This document shows positions 46,686-56,813 of a DNA stretch of 64,000 nucleotides, one piece after another. Position numbers and translations under genes: made by a program. Each line of letters opens with the position of its first letter. Within the stretch, counting starts at the first letter, position 1. Under the pieces are notes generated by a model that saw nothing but the letters and a program-made list of their open reading frames with translations, made no database searches and was not told the DNA's origin. Where the stretch lies: positions 1 to 64,000 of the IMG/VR virus record IMGVR_UViG_3300037827_000415, one strand, 5' to 3'. This DNA is from a virus.

Positions 46686-47394
46686 CGGTCGGCACCCAGC
46701 GGTCGCCTTCGAGGTCGATCACGTTTTCGTCAAAATCTGGAGCGACATGCCACACTTTGCCGTGTTTGAATCCCCAGCCAACTGCCCCGGTCGGGATGTG
46801 ATGATGGCCAGCCACGCACTTGACCCGCACCCACTTCGGCGGATCGGGCACCTTCGCCTGCGGGGGATCCGGGATCAGGAAATGGCGGACGCACCATTCC
46901 AATTCATAGCCGCGTCCGGTCTCGTGACTGACGAATGGCGCCCGACACCCGGATGCTTCGGTGAGATATCCGACCACGTCTCGGTTGTATTCTTCGCTTC
47001 GGATGCGGACAGCGTAAAGCGGGCCGATTTCAGTCGGTGGGCCATCGACCCACCCTGGCGTTTTCTGCGGATCGACGAGCGAATCCGGCCCCAAACCGCG
47101 AGCACACATCTCGTGCAACTGCTCCGGTGAAATGCATGCTCGCCCGTCATTTGGCTTGTCGATTTCTAGATACTTGCCGTTGGCACTGATCGTGAATTCG
47201 CCAATGGTGAATTGGGCGACTTCGCCGCATGTCTCGCGGCAAAGCTGCTCCCACTCGTGAGTCGGGACATGCAGGATCGTTCTGTCGTCGTCGGCATCTT
47301 CCATGTAGAGCCGATAAGTGTCCCTTTCGGTGGATTTGACGGCAGAGAACAGGCCTTGATCCTTGACGGTGATTTCGTGATAGCCGATCGCCAT
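46678..47394 (-). CDS. Hypothetical protein
   Basis: AGGAG RBS before ATG 47394. Confidence 0.55.
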   Translation of the reverse strand: MAIGYHEITVKDQGLFSAVKSTERDTYRLYMEDADDDRTILHVPTHEWEQLCRETCGEVAQFTIGEFTISANGKYLEIDKPNDGRACISPEQLHEMCARGLGPDSLVDPQKTPGWVDGPPTEIGPLYAVRIRSEEYNRDVVGYLTEASGCRAPFVSHETGRGYELEWCVRHFLIPDPPQAKVPDPPKWVRVKCVAGHHHIPTGAVGWGFKHGKVWHVAPDFDENVIDLEGDRWVPTDG

Positions 47395-47456
47395 GCTTTC
47401 GCTCCTAAAAAGGAAAGCGGCATCATCGCGAAAAGACCGGCCTTGCGTCAAATAAT

Positions 47457-48866
47457 TTACGCGGCGATCGTTTCGACCGGACGCCAGATGCGTGGGCGAG
47501 CCAGAATCGGCTTGTCCTTCTCGTCGCGGAACCGCACGCAAGCCGTGGCATAGCCGCTGAACGTGGCCGCCGTCGACTTCCACCAGTTCGGGAATTCGGC
47601 GTCGCTCTGCACGCTCATCTGCTTCGTTGGATCATCGGCCCGCGCCGCGACGTTCGATTCTTCGTCGTTCGCACCGGGGAGGCCACTGGGAATCAGGCGA
47701 TCCACGTCAACTTCAGCCTGCACGTCGTACTCGGTGCTGCCGAAGTTGAGCTCCGCGAGGCAGTCCCAAATCTGCTCTTTCACCTCTTGCACGAGAGCCC
47801 GCAATGCGAGTTGCTGCGACGTGAAGAACGCCATCGCGGGAACCGAACGGCCGGCGAACCCGCCCACGCTGGAGACGGCGGTGAGAATGTCGTCAGGGAT
47901 TTCCAAGCCGTGCAGGATGTCTGATCGCAGTTCGCGAATGTAATCGTGCAAGCCCGTCGCGTCGCCGTTGATGGCGGGCTGTTCGATCTTCCAGATGGAC
48001 TCGCCCGGCTTCGCTGGATTGTTCACGAACGGGACCGTGCCGACCCCGCCCGTGCGGATCATTTCGGCCAGTTGGCGGGCCAAGTCACGATAGGGGATTT
48101 TCGTGCCGGGGCTGCCATCGGACCCCATGTTCGTGACGTACTCGCCCGGCGGATGCTGCACCCAAAATCCGCTGTAGGCATTCTTGTAGAACCACATGCG
48201 GCGGATCGCGAGTGCCCCGCTGAACTGGTCCCACTTGTCGATCCACGGACTGTAAGCTCCCAGCAATTCACTCCGGCCGTTCCAAGATCCGAACCGCCGA
48301 CCGTGGACGTACAGAAACGACTTCGGCGGGAACAGCGTGACCTTCCCCTTGTTGCGGTATCGGTCCATCGATTCTGGGCCGTTGCCGTACCAGTTGTTAT
48401 CGTCCGCGAGCACGGATGCGGCCGAAATCTGAATGCCGGCGAACTGGCCGCCCCGCGTGAGAATCGAAATGTCGGACGGATAAACGTCGCGGAAGTGGCC
48501 CAAGTGAACCTTGCGATCGTCGCCAAGTTTGTAGATCACCTCCCCACCAGCCCGGCTGTACCAGAGTGCCTCCAGCAGACGGGGAACGACGTAATACCAC
48601 GTGCGTTCGATTTCCCCAGTCATGAATTCGACAATCTCTGGCCGACCGGAGAGTTTGAACTTCACGGTCAGCAGCGGGGCGTTTTTGATCGCCATTCCAA
48701 GGCGAATGTCGGGATCGTACTTCATCGACTCGACACGCCTCACCGTAAAGATCGGCAGGCCGAGATCGATCATGCCGGGGATTTGCAATCCGTAGCCGGA
48801 CGGGCGATACATGCCCGTCTGCACCTGGAACATCTGGCGGATTGCACCCTGCGACATTTCGAGCAA
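47457..48866 (-). CDS. Portal protein (Mu gp29/DUF935-like)
   Basis: M..DPDIRLGM, HGRRFGSWNGRSEL.GAY.PW.DK and LAELNFG patterns; 469 aa. Confidence 0.7.
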   Translation of the reverse strand: MLEMSQGAIRQMFQVQTGMYRPSGYGLQIPGMIDLGLPIFTVRRVESMKYDPDIRLGMAIKNAPLLTVKFKLSGRPEIVEFMTGEIERTWYYVVPRLLEALWYSRAGGEVIYKLGDDRKVHLGHFRDVYPSDISILTRGGQFAGIQISAASVLADDNNWYGNGPESMDRYRNKGKVTLFPPKSFLYVHGRRFGSWNGRSELLGAYSPWIDKWDQFSGALAIRRMWFYKNAYSGFWVQHPPGEYVTNMGSDGSPGTKIPYRDLARQLAEMIRTGGVGTVPFVNNPAKPGESIWKIEQPAINGDATGLHDYIRELRSDILHGLEIPDDILTAVSSVGGFAGRSVPAMAFFTSQQLALRALVQEVKEQIWDCLAELNFGSTEYDVQAEVDVDRLIPSGLPGANDEESNVAARADDPTKQMSVQSDAEFPNWWKSTAATFSGYATACVRFRDEKDKPILARPRIWRPVETIAA

Positions 48867-48868
48867 GG

Positions 48869-49360
48869 TCAGGCCCTTTGTCTAACGGCGGTCAGGCTCC
48901 AAACGAACGCGATCACCCAGCCGAGTAGCGTCCAGCCCAAGAGGATGTTGAGGGCTGCGATGGCTGCGACCTGCTGATGCGATCGAACCGACGCGATAAT
49001 CGTGGGCAGCAAGTAAATCCCGCCGATCACGAACAGCAAAATTATTCCGCCGGGCTCAACGTGCTGGCCGTCGCTGCCGGACGCAATGATTGCAGGAACG
49101 ACAGCCATTGCAAAGATCAGCAGAATTCCCGACAGGGCCACGATTCCAATAACTGATGAAACTGCGGAAGCGGACCTTACGGCTTCGGCTTTCCTACGCG
49201 GCGATTGCATGACGGGCTCCGATTCAATTTCGCGAATCATGTCGAACATCGGCGAGCCCGCAGTCGCATCGAATTCTGCCGCCGTCTCTTTCTCGTGAAT
49301 GTCCATAATCATGGGCGGCAGACTGTACGTTTCACGGCAATTCGGACAAGAGAGTTTCAT
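48869..49360 (-). CDS. Superinfection immunity (T4 Imm-like) membrane protein with N-terminal Zn ribbon
   Basis: YLLPTIIA..R.H....I..LN.LLGWTLLGWV.A.VWS; N-terminal CPNC. Confidence 0.85.
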   Translation of the reverse strand: MKLSCPNCRETYSLPPMIMDIHEKETAAEFDATAGSPMFDMIREIESEPVMQSPRRKAEAVRSASAVSSVIGIVALSGILLIFAMAVVPAIIASGSDGQHVEPGGIILLFVIGGIYLLPTIIASVRSHQQVAAIAALNILLGWTLLGWVIAFVWSLTAVRQRA

Positions 49361-49448
49361 TGGATACCTCCATTGTGGCATCCGTGGCCCGGTTTATCTC
49401 CCGCCCATCACTCTATCGCTTTAGTCCGTTCCGCGTCAAAAAAAGTTC

Positions 49449-49984
49449 TCAGGCTCGGCCAGCCAGCGATGCGTCGATCTTTGCAGTGACTTCATCGGCA
49501 ACCATTTGCCGATAGGCTTTATCGCCAGCGGCCTCCCCTTCGATCATCGCGATCAGGCTACAGCGGAATTCTTTGCTGGCATCGTGCTCGGCGATTCGTC
49601 GCATGGATTCGATGGCGTCGAGTCGGTCAAGTGCGGAGAGCATTCCCCAGAATCTTCCGCGGCTGACGCTTCGGGGGTCGAATCCGAAACTGCTTGCGAA
49701 GCGAGCCTCTTGGAAAAAAAACCGGAGACCCTTTCGTTGAGGTCCAGCACGGCGGCGTAGAACGCCAGGGACATATTCGGGCTGGCCTCAATGCCATGAT
49801 CCTCTTTCAGCCTCACGCCGACGATTTTGATGATGTCCTGATTCGTGGGCTGCTTGCCTTCGCCGATCGCGTTGCGAAGCCTCTCGATTTCTTCAAGAGG
49901 GCTGATCTTGATTTCCTTGCCCCCGATCACGATTGTTGCCCAGCCATCGTCTTCGCCAAGGTCGATTTTGAATTTGTCTGCCAT
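49449..49984 (-). CDS. Tail assembly chaperone pair (49553-49984 plus a -1 frameshift product ending at 49449)
   Basis: Slippery GGT TTT TTT TCC (T8 at 49714-49721); the -1 frame reads FQEARFASSFGFDP...GMLSALDRL to the stop at 49449. Confidence 0.7.
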
Positions 49985-50004
49985 AACTCGGAAAAGCCCC
50001 TTCT

Positions 50005-51798
50005 TTACTGGCCGTCGCTTTGGACGCCGGTCGTCGTTTTCGACAAGTTGTCCGGGAAGTTTTGCATGATCGTATCGGGGTTCGCGCCCGAAACGATGTA
50101 CTCAATGTACCAAGAGAGACCGTGAAGCGTCGCCCCGAAATACTCTCCCCACGTCTGAGCCTTCACGTCCGAATGGCCGACCTGAATGTTGGCATTTCCT
50201 CCGACGGTGATCGATGGGGTGGGTAATTCTGGCGGAGCATTCGTCCTGACAGCCGATCCTTCAAAGATGATTTTCGCCGGTTTCTGTCCGCTGACCTGAC
50301 TTGATGCCGGCGGCAGCGTCGGGTCAAGTTGTGCGGCCACCGGGGCCCTGTCCGAAGAAATCGTTACCGGGGGCTGGCCGCTCGACCCGCTTCCGATACC
50401 GCCCCCCGAATTCGGCGGTGCGGACGTCGGAAGGGGAAAGTGTGTGCTCGAATTCGGATACATCACGAGTCGCACAGAACCATCGTAATATAGATAAATT
50501 TGAGTCGTCGGATCATTTGTCGGAGCCCCCGGATCAAACTGAGCGATGTTGCCAGTCGGATAACCGCTCGCCAACGTCAACTGCGGAATCGCCGCATTGC
50601 ACTGGTTGACGATTAGGTCGTTGCTCGGATTGAATCCTTGTCCGTAAAAGCCGCGGGAATACCATGCGTTTTCGAGCATGGAATTTTGCCACGATAGCCA
50701 GTCCGTCGAGCCGACCGGAGAAAACATTCCGGCTTTCAAAAACACATCGCTCCAATTTCCGGGATCGCCGCCGAACTGCGGTTTTCCATTGTTCAGCGTT
50801 CCGGGCTGGCTCTGAAATGCGAAATCAAATGCGACTCTACGGCTATTGAAGACAGGCTCAGTCACGTTCATGGAAATAATCAGGGCCAGCCGCCCTTGAT
50901 TTCGCATGTTAGTGATTCGCTCGTTCAAAATCAGAAACACTTTTTGCAAGCCGAGTGCGATGAGTTGCGGCTTGACCACTTCGACGAAGCCGCTAATCAC
51001 AATCGTCGGAAGGATGTGCAGGCCGCCGGCTCGCGTCGTGGTCAATCGCTGATCGAATTGAATGTCCGAGCAATACGTCGGCAGAGCATTGTCGCCAGCG
51101 ATTTCCTCAAAAATGAACGTGAAGTCTTCGCGGCTCTTGTCTTCGCTCAGGAACCAATCTTGACTCTTGAGGCGGAATCCTAACGGTGGAACGGGAGCGA
51201 TCGCCTGCCGGTTCATGTCCGCGGTGAACGCGATGTTAGGCGATCCGGGGGCGGCACGATTGAGCCCGATTTGGCTGTGCCCGCGAATGACGATAACCGT
51301 CAGGCCCGCCTGATCCACGGTCCAGTCGTTCGTATACGTCAATTCGATCAGCGGCCCGACGAAGCCTTCGATTCCGTTCAATGCACACGGGACGAGGGCC
51401 ACCTCGCACGTCCACGTGACTCGCATGGCCAGATTTGCCCCGATCGGCTCAATGCTCACCAATCTGGGCTTCGGGCCGTAGATCACGTCCGCCGGGTTGT
51501 CGGCCGTGTTGATCTCGAACGGCCCATAGCCCAATCCTTCAAAGATCAGCACTCCCCCGGCTTGCGTCATGGTCGCGATAAAATCGACCATGTTGTCGTC
51601 AGTTGGGTCGCCGCCGCCAAGCCCGTCGTAATCGCTAGTCAAAACGAATCGGACCATCAATTCGATGACGTTGTAAATGACCGTGCGGCCGTCCGATGAA
51701 TAATGCGGCGTGACGCGCAGCGTGGTTCTTACACGCGGCCCGTTGATGTCGTAGCCGTTGTAACTCAGTGTTCCGAGCGATTCGAGAGTTTGTGCCAT
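50005..51798 (-). CDS. Putative distal tail or baseplate protein
   Basis: 597 aa, beta-rich, downstream of the tape-measure-like gene. Confidence 0.55.
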   Translation of the reverse strand: MAQTLESLGTLSYNGYDINGPRVRTTLRVTPHYSSDGRTVIYNVIELMVRFVLTSDYDGLGGGDPTDDNMVDFIATMTQAGGVLIFEGLGYGPFEINTADNPADVIYGPKPRLVSIEPIGANLAMRVTWTCEVALVPCALNGIEGFVGPLIELTYTNDWTVDQAGLTVIVIRGHSQIGLNRAAPGSPNIAFTADMNRQAIAPVPPLGFRLKSQDWFLSEDKSREDFTFIFEEIAGDNALPTYCSDIQFDQRLTTTRAGGLHILPTIVISGFVEVVKPQLIALGLQKVFLILNERITNMRNQGRLALIISMNVTEPVFNSRRVAFDFAFQSQPGTLNNGKPQFGGDPGNWSDVFLKAGMFSPVGSTDWLSWQNSMLENAWYSRGFYGQGFNPSNDLIVNQCNAAIPQLTLASGYPTGNIAQFDPGAPTNDPTTQIYLYYDGSVRLVMYPNSSTHFPLPTSAPPNSGGGIGSGSSGQPPVTISSDRAPVAAQLDPTLPPASSQVSGQKPAKIIFEGSAVRTNAPPELPTPSITVGGNANIQVGHSDVKAQTWGEYFGATLHGLSWYIEYIVSGANPDTIMQNFPDNLSKTTTGVQSDGQ

Positions 51799-51810
51799 GG
51801 CTCCGAAAGT

Positions 51811-53292
51811 CTAGGGGTCGGCCCGAAGAGCACCCGGGAAGAACTTTTTCTTTACCGGATCCCAAACCCAGCCGGGACCGCCGACGTTTCTTCCGGCGAT
51901 CGCTCCCGGTGGCGGAGGCCCTTGGAATCCACCGCCGCCTTGGCCCGCAGGTGCAGCCGCCGCGTTTGGTCGATTGCCTGCCGGAACTTGCCCGGCCATC
52001 GGAACACCGTTCAATCCCGGAAGCCTGAAATTCCAATTGGCACCGGCAAGTGCTGCCGCAAAATCCTTCGCGACTTCATCGGCCTGTGCTTTTTTTGCCG
52101 CGTCTTCCAGTGCCTTCTTGTGGGCAAGATCGCCTTTGACCCATTGCTGGAACGCATCCTTCAAATCCTCAAATCCGCCTTTGCCTTGCAGTGCTTTCGG
52201 AAGTATCTGCCAAGCTTGATTCAGAATGTTCATTCCACGGCCAATGTTGCCCGTCCAGTCGTGCATCGTCGCTTCGCTGATCAATTCTCGCGCTACGTTC
52301 AGAGCTTCGATCAGCGTCGGGCCGAACTTCGTCAGTAAGGTCGCCTTGAAGTCCTCCCACTGTTGTTCCAATTCAAACGACGCTCGCACGTATTTCGACA
52401 GAGTGTCGTCAATCCGCTGGGCACGCTGGATATCGCGAATGATTCCTTCGGCCCCTGTCGTCGCGGTGGCCCCGAGCGTTTGTGGAGCGAAGTTTCCATA
52501 TCGCTTGACCATTTCATCGAGCGATCGCGTCGCGGCCTGAACCGCGTGCATAAACTCCCCGAGCACGCGAGTCCCGAAGTACAGAGCCCCGAGAAACATC
52601 GTCACGTTCTGGAGATTCATGCCGCCGACCGCGGGGGCTGGCGGAATGTTGCCCGGTCCTGGAGTGGGCGGCAATTGCGGCGGAAGTCCTCCGGGCGGTG
52701 CCGGTGGAAGCATCATGCCGCCGCCAGCGGCTGCCATGCCCCGTCGCGGAAGGTTCGCCGGTGGCTGTCCCGGTCCCGGCAGTCGCGGCGGTTGCCAGTC
52801 GGGCGGCCGGGGCGGTCCGAGTGCTCCGCCCGGCTGCGTCGCGTCGACCGTGTACTGATCCCGTGGCAGCGTGATGATGCCCCGACGCGACGCTTCGGCC
52901 ACGGGAGCGGGCAAGCGTGCGGCCCGCGTGGGCTCCGGCAGTTTGGGAGCCGGTTGCGAAGTTGGTGGCTGCGGGGGGTTCAACCGCCCCTTGACGACGC
53001 TCTCCAGCAACGCGCGATATTGGTCGGCCCCCGGCAACGCCGACTTGGCCGCACCGAGCACCTTGAGCGTCTCGACCGCCTCTTTGGACGTCTTATCGTT
53101 GCGGCCGATCGCTTCGCGGAGAGCGGCCAGATTGGCGGCAACGATCGCGTCCAGGCCCGCACGCTCGGGGACAGACGGCCCAGATTGAGCGGACGGCTTG
53201 CTCGGATCAACGCCCGACTGCGGAGCTGGGGCCTGCTTGCCGGCCGAGTCCTCGCCGGTGATGACGATGCGTAGTTCTGGATTGTCGGGCAT
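51811..53292 (-). CDS. Tape measure-like protein (short, Pro-rich)
   Basis: Follows the tail tube gene; N-terminal ELRIVITGED; helical C-half. Confidence 0.5.
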   Translation of the reverse strand: MPDNPELRIVITGEDSAGKQAPAPQSGVDPSKPSAQSGPSVPERAGLDAIVAANLAALREAIGRNDKTSKEAVETLKVLGAAKSALPGADQYRALLESVVKGRLNPPQPPTSQPAPKLPEPTRAARLPAPVAEASRRGIITLPRDQYTVDATQPGGALGPPRPPDWQPPRLPGPGQPPANLPRRGMAAAGGGMMLPPAPPGGLPPQLPPTPGPGNIPPAPAVGGMNLQNVTMFLGALYFGTRVLGEFMHAVQAATRSLDEMVKRYGNFAPQTLGATATTGAEGIIRDIQRAQRIDDTLSKYVRASFELEQQWEDFKATLLTKFGPTLIEALNVARELISEATMHDWTGNIGRGMNILNQAWQILPKALQGKGGFEDLKDAFQQWVKGDLAHKKALEDAAKKAQADEVAKDFAAALAGANWNFRLPGLNGVPMAGQVPAGNRPNAAAAPAGQGGGGFQGPPPPGAIAGRNVGGPGWVWDPVKKKFFPGALRADP

Positions 53293-53303
53293 CGTCGCTC
53301 ATT

Positions 53304-53783
53304 TTACGTCGTCGAGAACCAACGCACACCGCCAGACGAGTACGGATAGAACCGCATCGTCAATGGCGGCATTCTCGCACCGGAGCGGAAGGCGAGTTCG
53401 CCGTTGAAATTCTCGTCAATGATGGCCTGACTTCCGGTGAGCGTGTTCGGGGCTCCGACGGCGGTCGTGCCGGTGACGACCGTGAGGACCATCGAAGCGG
53501 AGAGGCCGCTGCCCACGTCGAGTGTTCCGGCTTGTCCGGCGACGCCAAAGGCACCATAGGGCCAGAACGGGGCGAGAGCGTACTGATACTCGATGCCCAT
53601 CCAAATCAGGAACACATCCGCACCGCGGAACACGGCGTCGATGACGGATTCGCCGTACAGGTCGGAGCGGACGACTTCTTTTGAGACGCTGTAGCGGAGG
53701 CGAAAGCCGTCCGAACTTTGTCCCACCGAAGTCGAGTTCCACGCGCCCTGATAGGGGCCGGCCGTGATTGACGCGAGGGCCAT
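53304..53783 (-). CDS. Major tail tube protein
   Basis: 159 aa, VGQSSDGFRL..V.SD.YGES.ID tube-like pattern and position. Confidence 0.65.
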   Translation of the reverse strand: MALASITAGPYQGAWNSTSVGQSSDGFRLRYSVSKEVVRSDLYGESVIDAVFRGADVFLIWMGIEYQYALAPFWPYGAFGVAGQAGTLDVGSGLSASMVLTVVTGTTAVGAPNTLTGSQAIIDENFNGELAFRSGARMPPLTMRFYPYSSGGVRWFSTT

Positions 53784-53785
53784 GC

Positions 53786-54238
53786 TTACGTTCCTTTAGC
53801 TACGGTTGCCGCGGCCTGAGTCGATGCGAGCGGCCCGGGATCTGACGGCGGCGGAGCAGGTGGAGGCGGAGGAGTGACCGGGACCACAATGACAGCCGGA
53901 GTCGCGACCACCGGCGTTACCGCCTTGGTCTCCGCGGCGAGTTCCGCTTGCTGCTCGGCAGTCATGGGCAGCCCAGTCCATGCCGGATCGGTCAACTCAA
54001 CTTCCCGCTCCGTGAGCAACGCGGCCATTGCCTGCTTCCACTGGTCCGTCGCCTTGCACTTGGCACAAGTGACCGAATCGGCCTCGCCCGTGGCGTGTTT
54101 TGGCATCGTTGCCTTGTTGCCTTGGCACGCGGGCCGGCAAAATCCCTTGTCGACCGTCCGCGTTTGCGTGTTCGGCCGCATGAACGGAATCTGAGCCGCG
54201 GGATCATCCACCATGAAATGAATCTGTGCTTTCGCCAT
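53786..54238 (-). CDS. Hypothetical Zn-binding protein with P/V/T/A tail
   Basis: VTCAKC. Confidence 0.6.
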   Translation of the reverse strand: MAKAQIHFMVDDPAAQIPFMRPNTQTRTVDKGFCRPACQGNKATMPKHATGEADSVTCAKCKATDQWKQAMAALLTEREVELTDPAWTGLPMTAEQQAELAAETKAVTPVVATPAVIVVPVTPPPPPAPPPSDPGPLASTQAAATVAKGT

Positions 54239-54786
54239 CAGTCCGCCTCGACAGTCTGTTGTGCCCGCTGGGCCTCGATGAATTGTAATTGCTGGCTCAC
54301 GCCCAACAGCCCCTTAGCTTCACTATTGCCCCACCACGTTCCCGCTCTCGGCTCGGGGTTCGTCGCCCGTGCGAAATGCAGCGGCCGGTAAAACTTCCAA
54401 ATGCCGCCCGTGCTCGCCGTGTTGCCGGGGATCATCGCGTTGGCCGCGGTCATAATCTCGTAGTTGCCGTGGACCACGTCGATCACGTGGCGAGCGTAGA
54501 AATCGAGTCGCCCATCCTGATCGGTGAGGATTTCCGTGCCCCACGCACTGATCGGGATGTCGCCCGCTTTGACGCTGATCGTGATGTAGATCGAGAACCA
54601 TTCGTCGATCCAATCCAGGTCGCCGGCCCGATTGTCCCAACTGCCTTCGTGAATCGAGACGAAGACGTGCGACGGTGCCCCGATGATTGGGCGGTCGGAA
54701 TAAGTCATCGCACATTCTTGGGCGTTCCAGTTGAACTTCTCGCGAAGCGTCTCTTGCATTGAGCGTCTGTAGGCGTAGCTGGACAT
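54238..54786 (-). CDS. Putative tail terminator
   Basis: 182 aa; position upstream of the tail tube gene. Confidence 0.45.
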   Translation of the reverse strand: MSSYAYRRSMQETLREKFNWNAQECAMTYSDRPIIGAPSHVFVSIHEGSWDNRAGDLDWIDEWFSIYITISVKAGDIPISAWGTEILTDQDGRLDFYARHVIDVVHGNYEIMTAANAMIPGNTASTGGIWKFYRPLHFARATNPEPRAGTWWGNSEAKGLLGVSQQLQFIEAQRAQQTVEAD

Positions 54787-55266
54787 TCATCTTTTCACTT
54801 GCGGAGCCAGCAGCATCACGATCGAAGCGATCGCGACTGCTGCGGCGAAAATCGTGGAAATGATCCACATGTTGAACGTGCCCGACTTCTCCGAATGCTG
54901 GATCACTCCCGCCTGCTGCGATCGCCAAGATTCTAATTCTCTCAGTCGCTCTCCGTTGGACTCAAAATGCGTGTTGGTCAGGCCGGTGAACGTCTCCGTA
55001 ATCGTCTCCAGCTTTTCTCCGACAGCGTGAAATCGCTGCTCCGATTCCGATCGCGGCATAAATGTCATGGCTTGCTGGTTCAATTGTTCGCGGATTTCGT
55101 TCATCGACGCCAGCCGACCCATTAATGATGTTTCGGCCTTATGGGTGCTCGTCTCTTGGGCGTCAAATCTCTGCTTGTATTGCTGGTCCTTCTCCGCGAT
55201 CACGCGGTCGAAATGCTCTTTGAGAATGTCTACCGTCCATGCTGATTTGTGTTTTTTTCTCCCCAT
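54787..55266 (-). CDS. Coiled-coil protein with C-terminal TM
   Basis: RLASMNEIREQL; WIISTIFAAAVAIASIVMLLA. Confidence 0.6.
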   Translation of the reverse strand: MGRKKHKSAWTVDILKEHFDRVIAEKDQQYKQRFDAQETSTHKAETSLMGRLASMNEIREQLNQQAMTFMPRSESEQRFHAVGEKLETITETFTGLTNTHFESNGERLRELESWRSQQAGVIQHSEKSGTFNMWIISTIFAAAVAIASIVMLLAPQVKR

Positions 55267-55283
55267 TGCCGTGATCCGAGCAT

Positions 55284-55817
55284 TTATGCTGCCAACAATC
55301 TGCGAACAATTTCGTCGTGAATCCCCGGCAGAATCGCGGCCTGAGCGGCCCGCACGTACGAGTCGGGAATCGTCCCGTCCGCCGGCCACGCGGGACGTGC
55401 CGGAAGTTTCACACTGCCGTCTTCGTTCTTCGTTCCATTGAACACGTAGCCCGCGTATTGCGTCGGGTCGCGTTTGAGGTTGCCTTTGTTCGTGGCTCGT
55501 ACGCGGAGCTCGGCCATCGCAGACCGGACCACGTCGCCGGCCAAGGATTCGATCAGTGATCCAGTCTCAATCAGAGTGAGCCCCCCGCGTTCTTGGGCCG
55601 CCTTGCTCTTCTTCCAGCTAATGTCCGCGTCGTCGATGCCGCCATACGCCTTGACGACGTACTCCCGCTGAATCTGTTTGGCGACGTCGGCCGCGGCCTG
55701 TTCGAGCACGCGGACGCCGAAGCTGGTCGAAGCGTGGACCACTTCGGACACGACTTGCTCCACAATGCGGCGGACGTTTTCCGCGCTGCAGCGGACGTTG
55801 AGGACGCGGGCCGTCAT
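55284..55817 (-). CDS. Virion morphogenesis protein (Mu gpG-like)
   Basis: LIETGSL..S, YAGYVFNGT, LPARP. Confidence 0.7.
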   Translation of the reverse strand: MTARVLNVRCSAENVRRIVEQVVSEVVHASTSFGVRVLEQAAADVAKQIQREYVVKAYGGIDDADISWKKSKAAQERGGLTLIETGSLIESLAGDVVRSAMAELRVRATNKGNLKRDPTQYAGYVFNGTKNEDGSVKLPARPAWPADGTIPDSYVRAAQAAILPGIHDEIVRRLLAA

Positions 55818-56045
55818 TCAATGATTCCCGAACAACATCGAAACCGATCGCTGCATCGAATGCTGAGACTTGGCCGCGGCTTGCGTCGCTTTCTTCATTG
55901 CCGCTTCGTGGCCCTTGGCGTTGCCGGACGCGAGATGCCCGATGGCTGCGGCATGGTGGGCTCGGGCCATCGCCGCGTGCTGACGGGAGTCGGCCGCGTG
56001 CTTGATCGCTTTGACGCCTTGCTTGGCTAGTTGATGGAAGGACAT
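55818..56045 (-). CDS. Small Ala/His/Lys-rich protein
   Basis: 75 aa, abuts both neighbours. Confidence 0.55.
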   Translation of the reverse strand: MSFHQLAKQGVKAIKHAADSRQHAAMARAHHAAAIGHLASGNAKGHEAAMKKATQAAAKSQHSMQRSVSMLFGNH

Positions 56046-56046
56046 T

Positions 56047-56550
56047 TCACCACTCCAGTACGACGTCTAAAAAATCCCCCTGCCGGGGCTTCTTGGAGCT
56101 TTGGTCTCCGGTTGACGCCTCAAAACTGGCCCTAATTTTCCGGTTGAAGTTGACTTGGTCCACTCTCACGTTACTCATGGTCGGTCCGGGCTCGCTGATC
56201 GGATAGGCGTCCGGCACTTCGTACTTGAATTCCTGGATCGATTTCAGTTGCTCTTCGACTTCGTCGTATTCCTGTTGCAGCCCGTCGTGGGCCGCATTCT
56301 TTCGCCGCATGATCATCACGCTCGCCAGTGTCGCACAGGCGAAACGGACGAAGTTGTTTCCCGCCAATTGCGTCGGGTCGTACCGCTGGCGAAGGTAATA
56401 ATCGATCCGCACCGATGCCCATGTAATCGCAGTCGCGAGATTCCCTTGGATCACGGGTATCGCACTCGCACCGTCGTTCAACAACGCTTGCAGCCCGAAT
56501 CGGCTGAGCATGAACGTCACGTCGGCTTGAGCACAGTACGAAGTCGTCAC
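56047..56550 (-). CDS. Head-tail adaptor (Mu gp36-like)
   Basis: SYCAQADV..AI..AS..IDYYLRQRY...Y....EQLKSI. Confidence 0.75.
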   Translation of the reverse strand: MTTSYCAQADVTFMLSRFGLQALLNDGASAIPVIQGNLATAITWASVRIDYYLRQRYDPTQLAGNNFVRFACATLASVMIMRRKNAAHDGLQQEYDEVEEQLKSIQEFKYEVPDAYPISEPGPTMSNVRVDQVNFNRKIRASFEASTGDQSSKKPRQGDFLDVVLEW

Positions 56551-56553
56551 GGT

Positions 56554-56724
56554 TTACTTCCGTCGAAATGCCCACTTAATGAAACTGATCGCCGTCGTGA
56601 CTGCCCATTGAACGAATCGGGCGTACCAAGGTGATTGGTCGACCACGATATTGACGTCCGCCGTCGTGTGCTTCATCGGGTGATGATGCGGGTGTGTTTT
56701 GTGGGGATGTCCCTTCCCGGTCAT
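56554..56724 (-). CDS. 56-aa His-rich amphipathic protein
   Basis: MTGKGHPHKTHPHHHPMKH...WYARFVQWAVTTAISFIKWAFRRK with AGGTG RBS. Confidence 0.5.
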   Translation of the reverse strand: MTGKGHPHKTHPHHHPMKHTTADVNIVVDQSPWYARFVQWAVTTAISFIKWAFRRK

Positions 56725-56732
56725 GTCTCACC

Positions 56733-56773
56733 TAAAAAACAAAGGTGGGCAGGCAAAGCCGTACCCACCCTTG
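56733..56773 (-). terminator. Intrinsic terminator after the capsid genes
   Basis: CAAGGGTGGG...CCCACCTTTG followed by a T-tract. Confidence 0.6.
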
Positions 56774-56813
56774 CGAGCGAAAAAGGCACAAGGCGTACTT
56801 CCGATTGATTCCT

